Positions 62,354 through 64,000 of a stretch of 64,000 nucleotides of DNA are shown in pieces. How positions within the stretch are numbered: the stretch's first letter is position 1; every line of letters starts with the position of its first letter. Source of the stretch: a virus; the IMG/VR virus record IMGVR_UViG_3300050821_004478; one strand, 5' to 3'. The position numbers and the translations under genes are program-made. The notes under the pieces were generated by a model. The model made no database searches. It saw only the letters and a program-made list of their open reading frames with translations, and was not told the DNA's origin.

Positions 62354-62458
62354 TCTTCGGCATAGTTTTTCGTTAACCGCGCCGCGCCAAAACGATTCGA
62401 CTTGTCTACTTCGATTGCCGCGCGCTGGGCGAGACCTCGTGAATAGGGCCGACAAACT

Positions 62459-62532
62459 TGGAGCGCGAAGTGTGAATCGAACACACGATGGGTGTTTTGC
62501 AGACACCTAACTTACCACTTGTCGATTCGCGC
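62459..62532 (-). tRNA. tRNA-Cys: tRNA-Cys (anticodon GCA)
   Basis: Acceptor GCGCGAA/UUCGCGC; anticodon arm GGUGU-CUGCAAA-ACACC; T arm GUGUG-UUCGAUU-CACAC; CCA encoded. Confidence 0.9.
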
Positions 62533-62577
62533 AAACTTGACAATCAAGGTCTTAACCTTGACAAAACTGGTCGCTCA

Positions 62578-62664
62578 CCAGAGAGTCGAACTCTGACGCC
62601 CTTTCGGGCGGCGGGTTTTGAATCCGCTGCGTCTGCCGGTTCCGCCAGCAAGCGAATATTTACT
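62578..62664 (-). tRNA. tRNA-Leu: tRNA-Leu (anticodon CAA), type II
   Basis: Acceptor CGCUUGC/GUGAGCG; D arm GCGG..CGC; anticodon loop UUCAAAA; variable arm CGCCC-GAAA-GGGCG; A73; CCA encoded. Confidence 0.85.
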
Positions 62665-62705
62665 CGTGCTGTAAATATGGCACGAGGATTAAATTTGGAA
62701 GGCCA

Positions 62706-62780
62706 CCGGAGAGTCTAACTCCGCTCTGGACGTTCGTAGCGTCCCGTCGTGTACGATGGACTAGCAGCCCTCTGAAAATT
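62706..62780 (-). tRNA. tRNA-Arg: tRNA-Arg (anticodon ACG)
   Basis: Anticodon arm GGACG-CUACGAA-CGUCC; T arm CGGAG-UUAGACU-CUCCG; acceptor contains several G-U pairs; D loop lacks GG; CCA encoded. Confidence 0.7.
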
Positions 62781-62855
62781 GAATTCCCCGTTGCGCGGAA
62801 CAACGCGTCTCGCAACCTTTAAGTGCCGACGTTGCGCCCACGGCACGGAAAAAAT

Positions 62856-62930
62856 TGGAAGGCCCGGGGAGAATTCAACTCCCATAGTCGCCTTAGAAGT
62901 GCGACGTCCTGTGCATTGAACGACAGGCCC
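62856..62930 (-). tRNA. tRNA-Arg: tRNA-Arg (anticodon UCU)
   Basis: Acceptor GGGCCUG/CGGGCCU; anticodon loop CUUCUAA; T arm GGGAG-UUGAAUU-CUCCC; CCA encoded. Confidence 0.75.
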
Positions 62931-62937
62931 ACAAAAT

Positions 62938-63022
62938 TGGTTGCCCCTGAGAGACTTGAACTCTCAATCCCTTCCGGGCGCTTGTTTCTAAGACAAGTGC
63001 GTATTCGTTCCGCCAAGAGGCA
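62938..63022 (-). tRNA. tRNA-Leu: tRNA-Leu (anticodon UAG), type II
   Basis: Anticodon arm CUUGU-CUUAGAA-ACAAG; variable arm CCC-GGAA-GGG; T arm GAGAG-UUCAAGU-CUCUC; A73; CCA encoded. Confidence 0.85.
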
Positions 63023-63252
63023 ATAGAAATCCGAGGAGCTACTTATCAACGCGCGGCCCCCGGACGCGCTTTGGGTCCCTGTTTACAGAGACCGAGAGTG
63101 CATGCCCCTTACCAGTCGACGAGGCCACGCGCGCGGGAGCTACCCGGCTGTGTTTGACTCTCTGTTGTACAACATCGTTCCCCTGCCTGCCTCCGTTGCT
63201 TAGCCTCTTAGTTGAGGCCAGCTAACACAGTGGTGCCGTTCGAGGAAAGTTT
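63023..63252 (-). ncRNA. unassigned ~230-nt structured RNA candidate with RNase P S-domain-like motifs
   Basis: The minus strand contains ACAACAGAGAGUCAAAC, a GC-rich hairpin region, UGGUAAGGGG, and UCUCUGUAAAC. No cloverleaf and no ORF. Confidence 0.35.
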
Positions 63253-63327
63253 TGGCAGAGATAACGGGAATCGGACCCGTACTTTTTCCGTGACAGGGAA
63301 ACGTCGTTACCAACTGACCCTATCTCT
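63253..63327 (-). tRNA. tRNA-Asp: tRNA-Asp (anticodon GUC)
   Basis: Anticodon arm UUUCC-CUGUCAC-GGAAA; T arm ACGGG-UCCGAUU-CCCGU; G73; CCA encoded. Confidence 0.85.
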
Positions 63328-63335
63328 GCAGAAAT

Positions 63336-63411
63336 TGGCTCCATCCCTCCGACTCGAACGGAGACCCTCCTCATTAACAGTGAGGTGTCCTACCAATTGG
63401 ACCAGAATGGA
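63336..63411 (-). tRNA. tRNA-Asn: tRNA-Asn (anticodon GUU)
   Basis: Acceptor UCCAUUC/GGAUGGA; D arm GUCC/GGAC; anticodon arm CCUCA-CUGUUAA-UGAGG; T arm CUCCG-UUCGAGU-CGGAG; CCA encoded. Confidence 0.9.
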
Positions 63412-63418
63412 ACTGAAC

Positions 63419-63799
63419 TCAGTGCCCGGTTATTTGATATTTCCTTCGGCGCTTTCTTTCCGTGTATGTCCTTCTCATATACGCGGCTGTTTGTGCTCTC
63501 CGAACTTGTATCGCTTCTTCGGGCGAATACTTCCTTGTAATTCGACGGGCGTTTGTATTGCATGATCTGTGACTGAAAGAAATGTTCGTCAAAGAGAAGA
63601 ACAATACTTTCGGTTCACTGCTGTGCAACCACGGCTCCTTATGATCTATCGAGAAATCTCGACTAGACTCAATCTGCTTACCGCATCGAAAACAGGAATC
63701 CTTTTTCACTTCTCTTATCAACTCGAAAAGAATTTCCTTTCTGAGTTGATGGCAGGCCGTCCCAAACGGGACTCCTAGTTGCTGCTGCTTATTATCCAT
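63419..63799 (-). CDS. HNH homing endonuclease (paralogue of 61398-61817)
   Basis: Motif ...CFRCGKQI...FSIDHKEPW...NISFSHRSCN. GGGAGG RBS. Confidence 0.7.
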   Translation of the reverse strand: MDNKQQQLGVPFGTACHQLRKEILFELIREVKKDSCFRCGKQIESSRDFSIDHKEPWLHSSEPKVLFFSLTNISFSHRSCNTNARRITRKYSPEEAIQVRRAQTAAYMRRTYTERKRRRKYQITGH

Positions 63800-63903
63800 T
63801 CGAACCTCCCTTTTTAGGGTAAGCCCGAATCCGATGCTGCACCAGCCACTCGGTTTAAGTCCGAGAACTTTTCACTACTCCTCGGATGTTGGTCCGAGAA
63901 ATT

Positions 63904-63993
63904 TGGTCGGGGCGAGAGGAATTGAACCTCCAAGGGAGTTTGTCCACCTGCTTCCAAAGCAGGACCGCTGCCAGATTACGGACCTACACCCCG
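63904..63993 (-). tRNA. 90-nt tRNA-like gene with UGG (Pro) anticodon and long variable arm, irregular D region
   Basis: Acceptor CGGGGUG/CGCCCCG; A73; anticodon arm CCUGC-UUUGGAA-GCAGG; about 15-nt variable arm GGA-CAAAC-UCC; T loop UUCAAUU; CCA encoded. No clean 4-bp D stem could be drawn. Confidence 0.55.
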
Positions 63994-64000
63994 ATTAAAG

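Noticed and set aside
62153-62510. ORFs of 70-90 aa on both strands (62153-62365 +, 62271-62510 +, 62212-62484 -)
   Set aside because: They lie within the RNase P RNA and its leader. They have no RBS, and conserved ribozyme motifs explain the sequence.
62533-62577. Two TTGACA hexamers on the plus strand
   Set aside because: No plus-strand gene lies downstream. The segment forms small hairpins between tRNA-Cys and tRNA-Leu on the minus-strand transcript.
62781-62855. 75-nt gap between the two tRNA-Arg genes, exactly tRNA-sized
   Set aside because: Only a T-arm-like hairpin (CGUUG-UUCCGCG-CAACG) and an all-U 5' strand could be forced. There is no anticodon arm. It is probably a decayed tRNA or a spacer.
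63241-63255. GAGGAAAGU (RNase P CR-I-like) on the plus strand
   Set aside because: It overlaps the 3' end of minus-strand tRNA-Asp, and no other RNase P elements lie on the plus strand. This is coincidence.
63812-63903. Possible ochre-suppressor tRNA (hairpin CUCGG-ACUUAAA-CCGAG could present a UUA anticodon)
   Set aside because: No acceptor, D or T arm can be drawn. Position 33 would be C. A near-identical second hairpin lies next to it, which argues for a hairpin pair rather than a tRNA. Long ORFs show no in-frame TAA usage.
1-64000. CRISPR arrays, stop-codon reassignment, rRNA genes, tmRNA
   Set aside because: No regularly spaced direct repeats were seen. Very long ORFs (1972, 1241, 766 and 748 aa) are intact under the standard code. 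There is no rRNA-like sequence. No tRNA-Ala-like split acceptor with a tag reading frame was found, although one spacer motif (AGAGAGUCAAAC) vaguely resembles a tmRNA pseudoknot region.

Overview
The window looks like part of a large tailed dsDNA phage or prophage genome of about 50-55% GC that uses the standard genetic code. It has three blocks.

(1) 1-15.8 kb, plus strand. This is an accessory/early block of tightly coupled genes with ATGA/GTGA stop-start overlaps. It opens with a glycosylation cassette: a GT31-like gene, an ABO-like GT6, a GT11 alpha-1,2-fucosyltransferase, a GT6+GT32+GT2 fusion, and an SDR dehydratase. These are followed by a GH108 endolysin, many small Cys-rich or membrane proteins, an HExxH lipoprotein and a tyrosine integrase.

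(2) 15.8-57.4 kb, minus strand. This is the virion module. Its order is TerL, portal, scaffold, major capsid, fibre-like and collagen-like proteins, then a T7-style series of internal/ejection proteins of 137, 243, 748 and 1972 aa. Free-standing HNH, GIY-YIG and EndoVII genes are interspersed.

(3) 57.4-64.0 kb, minus strand. This is an array of about 30 tRNA genes, all with encoded CCA. It is interspersed with two paralogous HNH genes, small ORFs and several non-tRNA structured spacers.

Two signals stand out. First, a roughly 327-nt RNase P RNA (M1-like, type A core) sits inside the tRNA array. Second, two tandem group I intron-like ribozyme cores carrying R/S elements lie between the major capsid ORF and a GIY-YIG gene, and their P2, P3, P8 and P9 stems covary between the copies. 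Other notable items are two long-variable-arm tRNAs with non-Leu/Ser/Tyr anticodons (CAU and UGG) and a cassette that could build a histo-blood-group-like glycan.

All calls rest on reading the sequence and translations. No database search or covariance-model scan could be run. Reference sequences (E. coli M1 RNA, T4 td intron, human ABO transferase) are quoted from memory.
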